Positions 1-9,099 of a stretch of 64,000 bases of DNA are shown here, piece by piece. How positions within the stretch are numbered: position 1 is the first letter of the stretch; each line of letters opens with the position of its first letter. A model generated the notes under the pieces. The model made no database searches and was not told where the DNA came from. It saw nothing but the letters and a program-made list of their open reading frames with translations. The translations under genes were made by a program, and so were the position numbers. The stretch is from Candidatus Aenigmatarchaeota archaeon (GTDB lineage: Archaea; Aenigmatarchaeota; Aenigmatarchaeia; CG10238-14; SCSR01), in assembly GCA_038998335.1 (NCBI GenBank), contig JAVZHQ010000001.1, forward strand, positions 738,038 to 802,037. Direction: 5' to 3'.

Positions 1-23
1 ACAACCTGTGATAATTATTCTTT

Positions 24-1112
24 TCATCTTTTACCCTCAAAAAATTCTTTTATAGAATCAACTATAAATTGTAAATCTTTTTTTGTCAAAGCTGGATGAA
101 CAGGTAAGGATAAAACTTTATTGCTAAGTTGTTCTGCTACAGGTAGAAAATCTTTGTAGCCTAATTGTTGATATAATGGTTGTTTATGTATCGGCAAAGG
201 ATAATAAACCACAGTTTGAATTCCTTTTTTATCTAAAAAATCCTTCAATTTGTTTCTTTTATTCGTTTTAATTGTATATTGGTGATAAACATGTTTTACA
301 TTCTTTGCGACAAAAGGCACTTCCAATCCTTCAACAAATTTAAGTTTTTTCGTTAAAAATTTAGCATTCTTAATCCTTTTGCTATTCAAACTTTCAAGTT
401 TCTTAAATTGAATAAGACCAATTGCCGCAGCTATCTCGGTCATCCTGTAATTATAACCAAGACAATCAACAAAATATCTTTGATACTCTCCATGATTTCT
501 TATTTTCCTACATCTCTCGGCTATTTTTTCATCGTTTGTAGTAATCATTCCACCTTCCCCTGTTGTAATGTTTTTGGTTGGGTAAAAGCTAAATATGCCA
601 CAAACACCAAAGGAACCAACTTTTTTTCCTTTGAATTCTGCACCAATAGCTTGGGCTGCATCTTCTATCAAAAGTAAATTGTGACTTTCGCAAATTTCAA
701 GTAAACTTTCTATGTCAGCTGGCTGGCCAAACAAATGAACTGGTAGTATAGCTTTAGTTTTTTCGGTTATTTTTTCTTCAATTTTTGTTGGGTCTATATT
801 AAATGTCCTTTCATCTACATCCACAAAAACTGGTTTTGCTCCACAATATAAAATTGAGTTCGCCGTAGCAATAAAAGTGAAAGGTGTTGTTATTACCTCA
901 TCGCCTGGTCTAATTCCAATTGCAATCAAGGCCGTATGTAAGGCAGTTGTTCCGGAAGATGTAGCTATTGCATAGTTTACTCCAGTATATTCAGCTATCC
1001 TTTCTTCAAATGTCTTTACATTTTGTCCTTGAGCAAGCATCCCAGACTTTAAGACTTTTTCTACGGCTATAACTTCTTCTTTACCGATGGATGGTGAAGC
1101 TATGTTAATCAT
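24..1112 (-). CDS. DegT/DnrJ/EryC1/StrS family PLP-dependent sugar aminotransferase
   Basis: SSGTTALH, EDAAQAIG and FSFYPTKNITTGEGG (PLP lysine) motifs; 362 aa. Confidence 0.95.
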   Translation of the reverse strand: MINIASPSIGKEEVIAVEKVLKSGMLAQGQNVKTFEERIAEYTGVNYAIATSSGTTALHTALIAIGIRPGDEVITTPFTFIATANSILYCGAKPVFVDVDERTFNIDPTKIEEKITEKTKAILPVHLFGQPADIESLLEICESHNLLLIEDAAQAIGAEFKGKKVGSFGVCGIFSFYPTKNITTGEGGMITTNDEKIAERCRKIRNHGEYQRYFVDCLGYNYRMTEIAAAIGLIQFKKLESLNSKRIKNAKFLTKKLKFVEGLEVPFVAKNVKHVYHQYTIKTNKRNKLKDFLDKKGIQTVVYYPLPIHKQPLYQQLGYKDFLPVAEQLSNKVLSLPVHPALTKKDLQFIVDSIKEFFEGKR

Positions 1113-1160
1113 TCTCTCTATTTTATTTTCTAAATAAATAAAACTATAAAAATTAAAGAT

Positions 1161-1889
1161 ATGATAAAATTTATGGAAAATACACTTAAAATTTTAATAG
1201 GTTCCCCAATTTCAAAAAAGAGTGTATATGCTCTAAATAAGTTTATAAGGAACCAACTCAAAATCTATAAAAAAACAAAACATAAATGCTTAACTGTTTT
1301 TGCCTCAGAAGATATTAAAAAATTACCTGTAAAAAACAAAAATTTTGTTTTAATCAATTTTAAACCAATAATCAAAGGAAAAGATAGAGTGTGGAAAATA
1401 GTTGGCGCTAGAAACGCTATTAGAGAATATTTTTTAAGCAAAGACTTTGACTATCTTGTTTTTTTGGACAGTGACATGACTTTCGAACCGGAAATAATCA
1501 ATAAACTTGTAGAAAAAGCAAAAGAAGGTTATGATGTGGTATACAATATTTACAGATTGAAAAATGGACAGGTTGCCTATTCTGGTTTTGGTGGTACTTT
1601 AATAAAAAGATGGGTAATGGAAAAAGTTAAGTTTAGATGTTATGAAGATGTAAAAATAGTTGTTGATGAAATAAACTGTTTTAAAAAAGATTTGTTCAAA
1701 ATAAAAGCTAAAATTTGGAGAGGTTTAATAGTAAAAAGTATTCATCATGATAAAAATAAAGAATGGATAATGAACAAAGAATTAACAACGAAGGAAAAAA
1801 TATTTAATTGGGTTAGTGATAAACTTCTTTCAATTTTACCAGAAACTTTTTTTGTAAGACTTGTTAAATTTAGTAGGGGATTTTTATAA
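1161..1889 (+). CDS. GT-A fold (family 2-like) glycosyltransferase
   Basis: GARNAIRE...YLVFLDSD (DxD) and GFGGTLIKR motifs; lies in glycosylation cluster. Confidence 0.75.
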   Translation: MIKFMENTLKILIGSPISKKSVYALNKFIRNQLKIYKKTKHKCLTVFASEDIKKLPVKNKNFVLINFKPIIKGKDRVWKIVGARNAIREYFLSKDFDYLVFLDSDMTFEPEIINKLVEKAKEGYDVVYNIYRLKNGQVAYSGFGGTLIKRWVMEKVKFRCYEDVKIVVDEINCFKKDLFKIKAKIWRGLIVKSIHHDKNKEWIMNKELTTKEKIFNWVSDKLLSILPETFFVRLVKFSRGFL

Positions 1890-1984
1890 AAATCAAAGTT
1901 GATTACAATTAAGTAAGTATACAAGTCTGGATATCGGATAAACATAGAGCCTACCACATACTTAAGATTTTTACAATGTTTTTT

Positions 1985-2150
1985 AAAAAAAGGAAATGCC
2001 TTGAAAATACCTTATAAAGATAATTTTTTGATAAGGTAATTTGTATAGATGTTATTGAGCACATAGAAGATGATGAAAAAGTACCGAAAGAAATTAAAAA
2101 AGTTTTTGAAAAAGGGGAGAATAGTATTTTGTCCTGGCACTTTAAACCCA
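1985..2150 (+). pseudogene. Fragment of a class I SAM-dependent methyltransferase
   Basis: Manual translation KKGNALKIPYKDNF, then a frameshift in a T run, then DKVICIDVIEHIEDDEKVPKEIKKVF; no start or N-terminal GxG motif. Confidence 0.65.
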
Positions 2151-2348
2151 ACAATAGGACATTTTCATTCTTATAATTTTCATCAATAGATTTGAAATTA
2201 AAAATTAATAACTTATAGAAGTATTTTAGATAAGATATTAATCCCCTAAGAAAACCAGCAAATGCTTTCCATCAAGACATTCCCTAATTCGCATTCTTCG
2301 TTAAACTCACTATTATTTTTAATCGTCTTTATTCCTATAAAATATTTA

Positions 2349-3911
2349 ATGAAAAGAATAAAACCAAGCATTACTAAAATTTTCTTGATATTTTTAATAA
2401 TTTTTTATTCAACTTTTTGGTTTTACTTAGCTGAAAAAACAAGTATAGAGTTTGACGAAACAACTCATTCTTTGCTTGCGATATTTTATAAAGATTTAAT
2501 AAAGTATTCAATTTCACACTTAAATTTTAAGGAAATTTATGACTACGCCTATTCTTACTTAGTTTATTATCCAAAACTTTCAGTTTACTACCCTCCGTTA
2601 ATTCATTTAACCATAGCTTTTGTTTTTAGTTTTTTCAACCCAAGCTTTTTACTTGCCAGGTGTGTAATAATATTTTTTTCGGTGCTTTTCATTCTTTTGA
2701 TCTTTAAATTTTCAAAATTTATTCTAAAAAATGAAAAAACCGCTTTACTAACCGCTATTTTATTCTGTAGTAGTCCAATGACTATTTATTTATCAAGAGG
2801 TGTTTATCTGGATTTACCATTAGCATTTTTCTTTACACTTGCTATTTTTCTTTATTTAGTTGCTTTAGAAACAAACAAGAAAAAATATTACTTTTTTGCT
2901 TCACTAATTTCCACACTGGGTTTCTTAGTAAAATGGTTTTTTATCCTTGCACTTCCTATAATCTTCTTTTATACACTTCTTGAGCATAAAAGGAAATTAA
3001 AATTCCTTTTAATTTCCTTCATTTTATTTAGTTTTTTAATATCACCTTACGTTTTTTTACTCCTTAAGATGGATCTTATATCATTTCAATATAAATCAGC
3101 AATACCCCTAGGCACTGGTGGGATGCCGGGAGTTACAGATTTTTTTAACTGGGTATTTTATCCTTATGTAATCAACAAACACTATTTTGTTTTTCCCTTA
3201 TCTCTCATACTACTATTTTCTGTTTACAAATATTGGAGAAATAAAAAACCGTATTGGAAACTTATGCTGGTATGGATTGTATTCTTATATTTATTTTTAT
3301 CTCTTTTCCCAAACAAAGACTCGAAATATTTTTTCATAGCAATAGCGCCTTTTTGTATAATTACTGCTGACTTTTTAAGTGAGCACATTAAAAAAATTCT
3401 GAGTTTTATTCTAATTGGAACTTTACTTATTATAAACTCTTTAGTTTCTTTTAACATAATTCCATTTCACAAATTAGAGTCTTTGTACGGCAAACCTTCT
3501 TACGCACTTCAATTTTATAAAACTTACGGAAAAGAAATTTCTGATTTTATTATCTCAAATCCTTACCCAACTTACTTTGCTTCTGAAACAAGTAGAGCCT
3601 TACCTTCGGAAACTATGTTCTACCTTGCAAGTCAAGGAAAGTTTATAAAAATTTTAAGGCCTTGCGCTGGTGATTTTGACATTAACAAAACTTTATATGA
3701 AACTGGAGTTAAATGGGTTATTTATGACACAAAAGACAAAAATAACTCTTACATACTTAAGTTAAAAGAAAAAAACCTAGTAACTTTAGAAAGGAATATA
3801 GATGAAATAGAAATATATAGATATAACTTCTTTAACCCAAACCTCAAGGAAAATTGTAATATAGTTTGTTTAATCGAAGAGAAAGTTTGCGAAAAAGTTA
3901 AATTAAGTTAG
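2349..3911 (+). CDS. GT-C fold membrane glycosyltransferase (ArnT/PMT-like)
   Basis: Many TM segments, FDE after TM1, YYPPL motif; ATG at 2349 preferred to ORF start 2262. Confidence 0.8.
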   Translation: MKRIKPSITKIFLIFLIIFYSTFWFYLAEKTSIEFDETTHSLLAIFYKDLIKYSISHLNFKEIYDYAYSYLVYYPKLSVYYPPLIHLTIAFVFSFFNPSFLLARCVIIFFSVLFILLIFKFSKFILKNEKTALLTAILFCSSPMTIYLSRGVYLDLPLAFFFTLAIFLYLVALETNKKKYYFFASLISTLGFLVKWFFILALPIIFFYTLLEHKRKLKFLLISFILFSFLISPYVFLLLKMDLISFQYKSAIPLGTGGMPGVTDFFNWVFYPYVINKHYFVFPLSLILLFSVYKYWRNKKPYWKLMLVWIVFLYLFLSLFPNKDSKYFFIAIAPFCIITADFLSEHIKKILSFILIGTLLIINSLVSFNIIPFHKLESLYGKPSYALQFYKTYGKEISDFIISNPYPTYFASETSRALPSETMFYLASQGKFIKILRPCAGDFDINKTLYETGVKWVIYDTKDKNNSYILKLKEKNLVTLERNIDEIEIYRYNFFNPNLKENCNIVCLIEEKVCEKVKLS

Positions 3912-3960
3912 ACATACCTTAAAATGGACATAATTATAAAAATCAAGAAATTAAGGAAAC

Positions 3961-4944
3961 TTATTTTAAGCTTTTCATCATTTTCTTAACAATATCAAAA
4001 CCATAAACCTGAGGAATAATTATTGCACCAATAGAATTTTCGCATAAGTGAACAAAAAATCTATAAATCAAAACTGCTGAAGTTGCTTGAGGTACAGGAA
4101 AACCTAAAAAAGACAAAAGCAAAACCATGATTGCTTCTATAGACCCTAAACCACCAGGAATTAAAGTTAAAACTCCAAGCAAAATTGATAGTAAAGGCAA
4201 AGCAAAAAAGGAAAATGGTAAATCAATTCCAACTGCCTTTGCTGAAAGTAAAAATATTATTCCCTCAACAACCCAAATTAAAAATGTTAAGAAAAAAATT
4301 TGAAAAAGAAACTTAGATTTTTTAAGTTGAGCAAAACCAATAGAAAAATTTTTTGCCATTTCCTCTATTTTCTTGCTAAACTTTTTTATTACTAGTAATC
4401 TTGAAATCAACTTAAAAAATTTCAAGGTTAGTTTTTTGCTGTTAAGAATTAGCAAAACTGAAAGAGAGATTAGAAAGAAAATCAGCATACCGACAAATGC
4501 AAAGAAAGTGATGTAAGAAGGTAAGAAGCTTATGACAGCCTGGAGAGTTAATAAGGAGAATAGAATGTAAACAAAAACGTCCAAAGCTCTTTCTGTTAAA
4601 ACCAAAGGAACTGTTTTAGAAAAGGAATAACCAAACTTTACTTTTAAAAAATAACCTCTTATCGGCTCTAAAGCTTTGAAAGGAACCAAGTTTCCTAAAA
4701 ACATAGCAGAGTTAAAACTATAAAAAGCGTGAGGAAAAGGAACTTTCATCTTTACAGATTTTAAGAAAATTTGCCATCTTAACGATTTCAGAAAAACAGA
4801 AAAAAGAAACGTTAGAAAAGCGAGAAGAATAAAAATTGGGTTTGAGGCCAAAACTGTTCTGAGAACTTCTTCTATTCCGGAAAAATAAAGGATTAGAAGA
4901 AGTAAAATAACTCCGGCAGAAATACTTAGTAATTTTAAATTCAT
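3961..4944 (-). CDS. Flippase-like UPF0104 / lysylphosphatidylglycerol synthase TM-domain protein
   Basis: LRWQ, ERALD, PGGLGSIE and LIYR motifs; multi-TM. Confidence 0.85.
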   Translation of the reverse strand: MNLKLLSISAGVILLLLILYFSGIEEVLRTVLASNPIFILLAFLTFLFSVFLKSLRWQIFLKSVKMKVPFPHAFYSFNSAMFLGNLVPFKALEPIRGYFLKVKFGYSFSKTVPLVLTERALDVFVYILFSLLTLQAVISFLPSYITFFAFVGMLIFFLISLSVLLILNSKKLTLKFFKLISRLLVIKKFSKKIEEMAKNFSIGFAQLKKSKFLFQIFFLTFLIWVVEGIIFLLSAKAVGIDLPFSFFALPLLSILLGVLTLIPGGLGSIEAIMVLLLSFLGFPVPQATSAVLIYRFFVHLCENSIGAIIIPQVYGFDIVKKMMKSLK

Positions 4945-5025
4945 AAAAGATATATTACTTCATCAAGATTTAAAAGTGAAACACGAAAGTTATAATTTTT
5001 AGAAGGAGGTCTTCCAGGTTTAGCT

Positions 5026-5094
5026 AAAAAGAAGATCAACATACCAAAAAAAAGCCAAAAAAGTGATGTAAGAAAGTAAAAATCTTATAATGGC
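5026..5094 (-). pseudogene. Degenerate copy of an internal segment of the adjacent flippase-like gene
   Basis: gaagatcaacatacc...aaagtgatgtaagaaagtaaaaatcttat aligns with 4472-4540 (gaaaatcagcatacc...aaagtgatgtaagaaggtaagaagcttat). Confidence 0.6.
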
Positions 5095-5150
5095 ATAGGG
5101 GAAGAGGTTGAAATAAAAATCTTAGGATAGAGCTTTTCAAGCTTTGTTAG

Positions 5151-6236
5151 GTGAAAAAGTTGAAGTCTAAAGTTGTTTTTGTTAAAGTAAAATATGAGGA
5201 AAATGGTGTGCAAAACGCTGTAAAAAAAGCTATGAAACTAGCAAACTGGAAAAGATATGTTAAAGGAAAGAAAATTTTTGTTAAGATAAACGGGATTTCT
5301 GACCAATTAGTTCCTGGTCAGTGTACTTCGCCTTGGGTTATTGATGGTGTACTTTCTGAACTAAGGAAAATTTTCCCTAAAACAAAAATTTACATGGGTG
5401 ATGCAAACTTAGCTGCTGCTGAACAATTAAACAGAGCTGCAAAACTTTGGGGGTTCTATGAGCTTGCAGAAAAGTACAATGCAGAATTTGTAAATCTTTC
5501 AGAACAACCTTTAGTTAAAACTGATTTTAAGGGAAAAGTTTTAAGAGAAATGGAAGTGCCAAAAATTCTTTTGGATGTTGATTGTATAGTCAATTTACCA
5601 GTAGCCAAAACTCATTGTCTAACCACAATTACATGCTGTCTTAAAAACCATTGGGGTTTGCTCCCTCGCTTCCGCCATCAGTATCATCTAGTTGCAAATC
5701 AAGCAATTCCTGATGTTAACAATTTCTTCAGAAAGACAACTTTTAATGTTGTCGACGCTACTATATGCATGGAAGGTAATGCTCCAAGAACAGGAATTCC
5801 TTTGATAAGAGACGCTATTTTTGCAGGCCATGATAGAGTTGCTATAGATTCTGCTGTTGCAACTTTCTTTGGTTTTAACCCCAAAAAAATTGAACATATA
5901 GTAAACGCAGAAAAAATAGGACTTGGAAATATAGATTTTGAGATTGTTGGTGACAAAAAGGAATTCAAGCCAAAAAAAGTTAAACCTCCTGAACCAAACA
6001 AGCAACCAATATTTCTACTCGAAATGAATCTGAGAAAAGTCCCTATACTGAACTTCTTAATTTTCAGAACAAAGATATTTGATTTCTTTGCTTGGGGTGC
6101 TACCCAGTATAATACAGTTTGGTGGTACAACTTCCATGGAAAAAAATATGCAAAAGAAATAATCTACAATACATGGTACGGAAATGAATTTAAAGACTTA
6201 TGGGAAAGGACTGGAGGAAAGGGAAAAATTAAATGA
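5151..6236 (+). CDS. DUF362 domain protein
   Basis: VNLPVAKTH, CCLKN, DATICMEGNAP and DRVAIDS motifs. Confidence 0.85.
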   Translation: MKKLKSKVVFVKVKYEENGVQNAVKKAMKLANWKRYVKGKKIFVKINGISDQLVPGQCTSPWVIDGVLSELRKIFPKTKIYMGDANLAAAEQLNRAAKLWGFYELAEKYNAEFVNLSEQPLVKTDFKGKVLREMEVPKILLDVDCIVNLPVAKTHCLTTITCCLKNHWGLLPRFRHQYHLVANQAIPDVNNFFRKTTFNVVDATICMEGNAPRTGIPLIRDAIFAGHDRVAIDSAVATFFGFNPKKIEHIVNAEKIGLGNIDFEIVGDKKEFKPKKVKPPEPNKQPIFLLEMNLRKVPILNFLIFRTKIFDFFAWGATQYNTVWWYNFHGKKYAKEIIYNTWYGNEFKDLWERTGGKGKIK

Positions 6237-6271
6237 AAGCCATAACGCTTATAAAAAAGATAAAATTTTTC

Positions 6272-6937
6272 TTATCTTAACCCAAGCTTTAACTCAAGAA
6301 TAAACCTCAAAGTTCTGAACCCTTCTCTAAAAGTTCCTTTTGATTTACCCAACTTCCTTTGTTCAAAAATTATAGGCACTTCTGTTGTCTTGAAACCAAA
6401 CTTTTTCGCTTTATACAAAATTTCAGTGTTTATTTTAAACCCTCTTGGGTTAAGCTTAATTTTCTCAAAAACTTCTCTTCTGATTGCAGCAAAGCCAGAC
6501 ATGTTATCTTTTATTTTAAGCCCAAGAATCAGCGAAGCAAATAAACAATAAACTCTGCTTATAAAAATCCTGTAAAGTTTATCTTCTGTCTTTCCTCCTT
6601 TCACGTATTTCGAACCAATAACTATATCGTATTCTTTAGCTTTTTCTATAAGCTTTGGTAAATCCTCAGGCCTATGACTTCCGTCTCCGTCCATGGTAAC
6701 TATTATCTCGCCTTTAGCTAATTTTAACCCTTCCAGAATTGCATTTCCTAAGCCGTTGCTTTTTTGTTTAATAACTCTTGCTCCTTTTAATTTCGGCGTA
6801 ACCTTACTTTTATCCACGATTATTATCTCAAAATCAAAACCAGAAAGAGTTTTATAAATTCTATTGACAAGCTCTTGAATATAAGGCTCCTCTTTTGTTG
6901 GTATAATGATCGATACCTTTTTCAAATTTCTTTGCAT
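6272..6937 (-). CDS. Polyprenol/dolichol-phosphate mannose synthase-like GT2
   Basis: SIIIPT, GLGNAI, MDGDGSH, IGSKY, DNMSGF motifs. Confidence 0.9.
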   Translation of the reverse strand: MQRNLKKVSIIIPTKEEPYIQELVNRIYKTLSGFDFEIIIVDKSKVTPKLKGARVIKQKSNGLGNAILEGLKLAKGEIIVTMDGDGSHRPEDLPKLIEKAKEYDIVIGSKYVKGGKTEDKLYRIFISRVYCLFASLILGLKIKDNMSGFAAIRREVFEKIKLNPRGFKINTEILYKAKKFGFKTTEVPIIFEQRKLGKSKGTFREGFRTLRFILELKLGLR

Positions 6938-6977
6938 AAATAACTTATAAACAGATAAAAATCTAAAGTTGATTAGT

Positions 6978-8576
6978 ATGATAAAAAACATAAGGTTTTT
7001 AGTGCTCTTAGCTTTTCTTATAATTTCTGTTTACTTTTTGCTTGCTCCTTTACTTTTTATACCTAAAGGAGTTGTTGTAGTTTCTTTAGACGAGAACAAC
7101 AAATGCGAAGGAATAAGGGAAGGAAGTATAATAACCGAAATGCGTGGCACTGCAATTTCAAGCGAAGAAGATTTTGAAAACTATTTGAAAAATGTTAAGC
7201 AAGGGGAATACGTAAGCATGGTAATAAACAACTTGCCAGGAGGATGCATAGCTTTAAATGATAGTTATCTTGGAATAACAGTGAAAAATTTTGAAAGAAA
7301 GGGTTTAAAGTTTGGAATCGATTTAGCTGGAGGAAAAGCTTCATTTTTTTCTTCAACCCAAGACTTAAAAAAAGTAAAGGAAATTCTTGAAAAAAGGATT
7401 GAAGTTTTCAAGTTTCCTGATGCTAGCGTTTCTGTTTCTGATAAAACAATAAGAATAGTAAGTTTAAGAGATGAGAAGCTTGAGCCTTTGTTGATAAGAG
7501 GAAAATTTGAAGCAAGGATTTCAGAAGAAGTTAAACTAAAAAACAACACAGGAAAATTGCCTTTGGGTAAAGAAGATTATACCATAACTCTTGAAAATGA
7601 AAAAATAAAAATAAACGAAAGTTTTTACGGAGAAAACGAAAGTTTTGTTTTGCAAGGAATAGAATTTAAAATAATAAACATAACAAACTCAAGTGTTTTA
7701 CTAGAAGCTTTAATTTTTACAAAAAAAGATATTAAACAAATTTCTTACAGTTTTGTTAAGTATGAACCTTTAGCTAAACGCTACGAATTTAACATTCCGG
7801 TTGAAATTTCTGAAGAAGCCTCGGAGAGATTTTCAAAAATTATAGATAGAATGCCAACAACTACTGAATCTGGTTCAATAGTTTTAAGTGGAAGGTTGTT
7901 GTACTATCTTGATAATAAAGAAATGAGCAATCTTGCTATACCCTTTTCTCTTGTTGGAAGAAAAATAAGCTCAATCTCTATTTTTGGTTTAAGGGAAAGT
8001 GAGGAAGCAGCAATTCTAGATAAAAACAGAATTGAAGCTTCCTTAAAAACAGAGGATTTGGAACCTCTTAAACCGATTAAAACAGAAAATTTGGAAGCAA
8101 CTTATCCTATGCTTACAACTTACTTCTTTGCTGCTTTGATAACTATTGAAATTTTGTTTTCTTTGTTTGTTTTTCTAAGGTACAGAAAAAAAGAACTTTT
8201 GTTCTACTCGTTAACTCTTTCTTTAATCCAGGCTTTTTTAATCTTTGGTATTAACGCAATTGCTCAAAACCTAGTTCCAAATAGTTGGTTAATAAACTCA
8301 AACACTCTTCTTGGAATTTTAACAATAACAATTTTCACATTGTTCCAATTTGTTCTTGTTCTTGAAAAAAGAGTTAAAAAAAGAGAGTTAAGCTTAAGTT
8401 TTAAACTTAAAAAATTAATTGGTCTTTCAAACTTTTTGAACATTTTAATAGTAATTTCTTCCTTTGTACTCCTTTTTGTTTTTAAAACTTTTGGCTTAAG
8501 TTTACTAACAGGCTTTGTTTTTGGTTTCTTGTTTTTAATTCCTCTTTTTGAGGAAAGGGTAAGAAAATTCACTTGA
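6978..8576 (+). CDS. SecD-like membrane protein (divergent) with N-terminal PDZ-like region
   Basis: GLKFGIDLAGG and ILEKRI motifs, large external domain, C-terminal TM bundle. Confidence 0.65.
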   Translation: MIKNIRFLVLLAFLIISVYFLLAPLLFIPKGVVVVSLDENNKCEGIREGSIITEMRGTAISSEEDFENYLKNVKQGEYVSMVINNLPGGCIALNDSYLGITVKNFERKGLKFGIDLAGGKASFFSSTQDLKKVKEILEKRIEVFKFPDASVSVSDKTIRIVSLRDEKLEPLLIRGKFEARISEEVKLKNNTGKLPLGKEDYTITLENEKIKINESFYGENESFVLQGIEFKIINITNSSVLLEALIFTKKDIKQISYSFVKYEPLAKRYEFNIPVEISEEASERFSKIIDRMPTTTESGSIVLSGRLLYYLDNKEMSNLAIPFSLVGRKISSISIFGLRESEEAAILDKNRIEASLKTEDLEPLKPIKTENLEATYPMLTTYFFAALITIEILFSLFVFLRYRKKELLFYSLTLSLIQAFLIFGINAIAQNLVPNSWLINSNTLLGILTITIFTLFQFVLVLEKRVKKRELSLSFKLKKLIGLSNFLNILIVISSFVLLFVFKTFGLSLLTGFVFGFLFLIPLFEERVRKFT

Positions 8577-9099
8577 AAATTTTTTCTAGAATTTTTGATG
8601 AAGTTTTTTCTGTTAAAACCCTTGGAAAAATTAAACCTATAAGCGAGCCAACTATAACATCCGAAGGATAATGCACACCAGAATAAATAGAAGAAAGAGG
8701 GATTAACACTAACAAATAAAAAGCAGAAAGTTTTTTAAGCCAACTTGGAAAACTTTCAGGGATGAAAAAGAAAGAAAGGTAAGCTATAAAAGCATGGGAA
8801 GAGGGAAAAGAGGGGTCTGCTTTTTTAAACACAACGTTTATTTCTTGACTAGCATCATAAGGTCTTTCTCTTCCAACTAAATACTTAAGTGAAACCACAA
8901 AAATATAACCAATAACAGCAACAACAAAAAGATGAAAAAGCTTTTTGTGTTTTTTTGTTCTAAACAAGTCAAAAGCAACGTAAATCAAGTAAACATAAAC
9001 CGAGTAGATTATAAAAATTGCAAGATAAACTAGATAAACAGAAAAAAAGTTTGAGTTTAAGAATTTAACTATTTCTAAGTCTAGCTCGTTTAAATTCAT
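8569..9099 (-). CDS. PAP2 family membrane phosphatase
   Basis: K..RERP, SFPSSH and GVHYPSDV motifs. Confidence 0.9.
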   Translation of the reverse strand: MNLNELDLEIVKFLNSNFFSVYLVYLAIFIIYSVYVYLIYVAFDLFRTKKHKKLFHLFVVAVIGYIFVVSLKYLVGRERPYDASQEINVVFKKADPSFPSSHAFIAYLSFFFIPESFPSWLKKLSAFYLLVLIPLSSIYSGVHYPSDVIVGSLIGLIFPRVLTEKTSSKILEKIFK

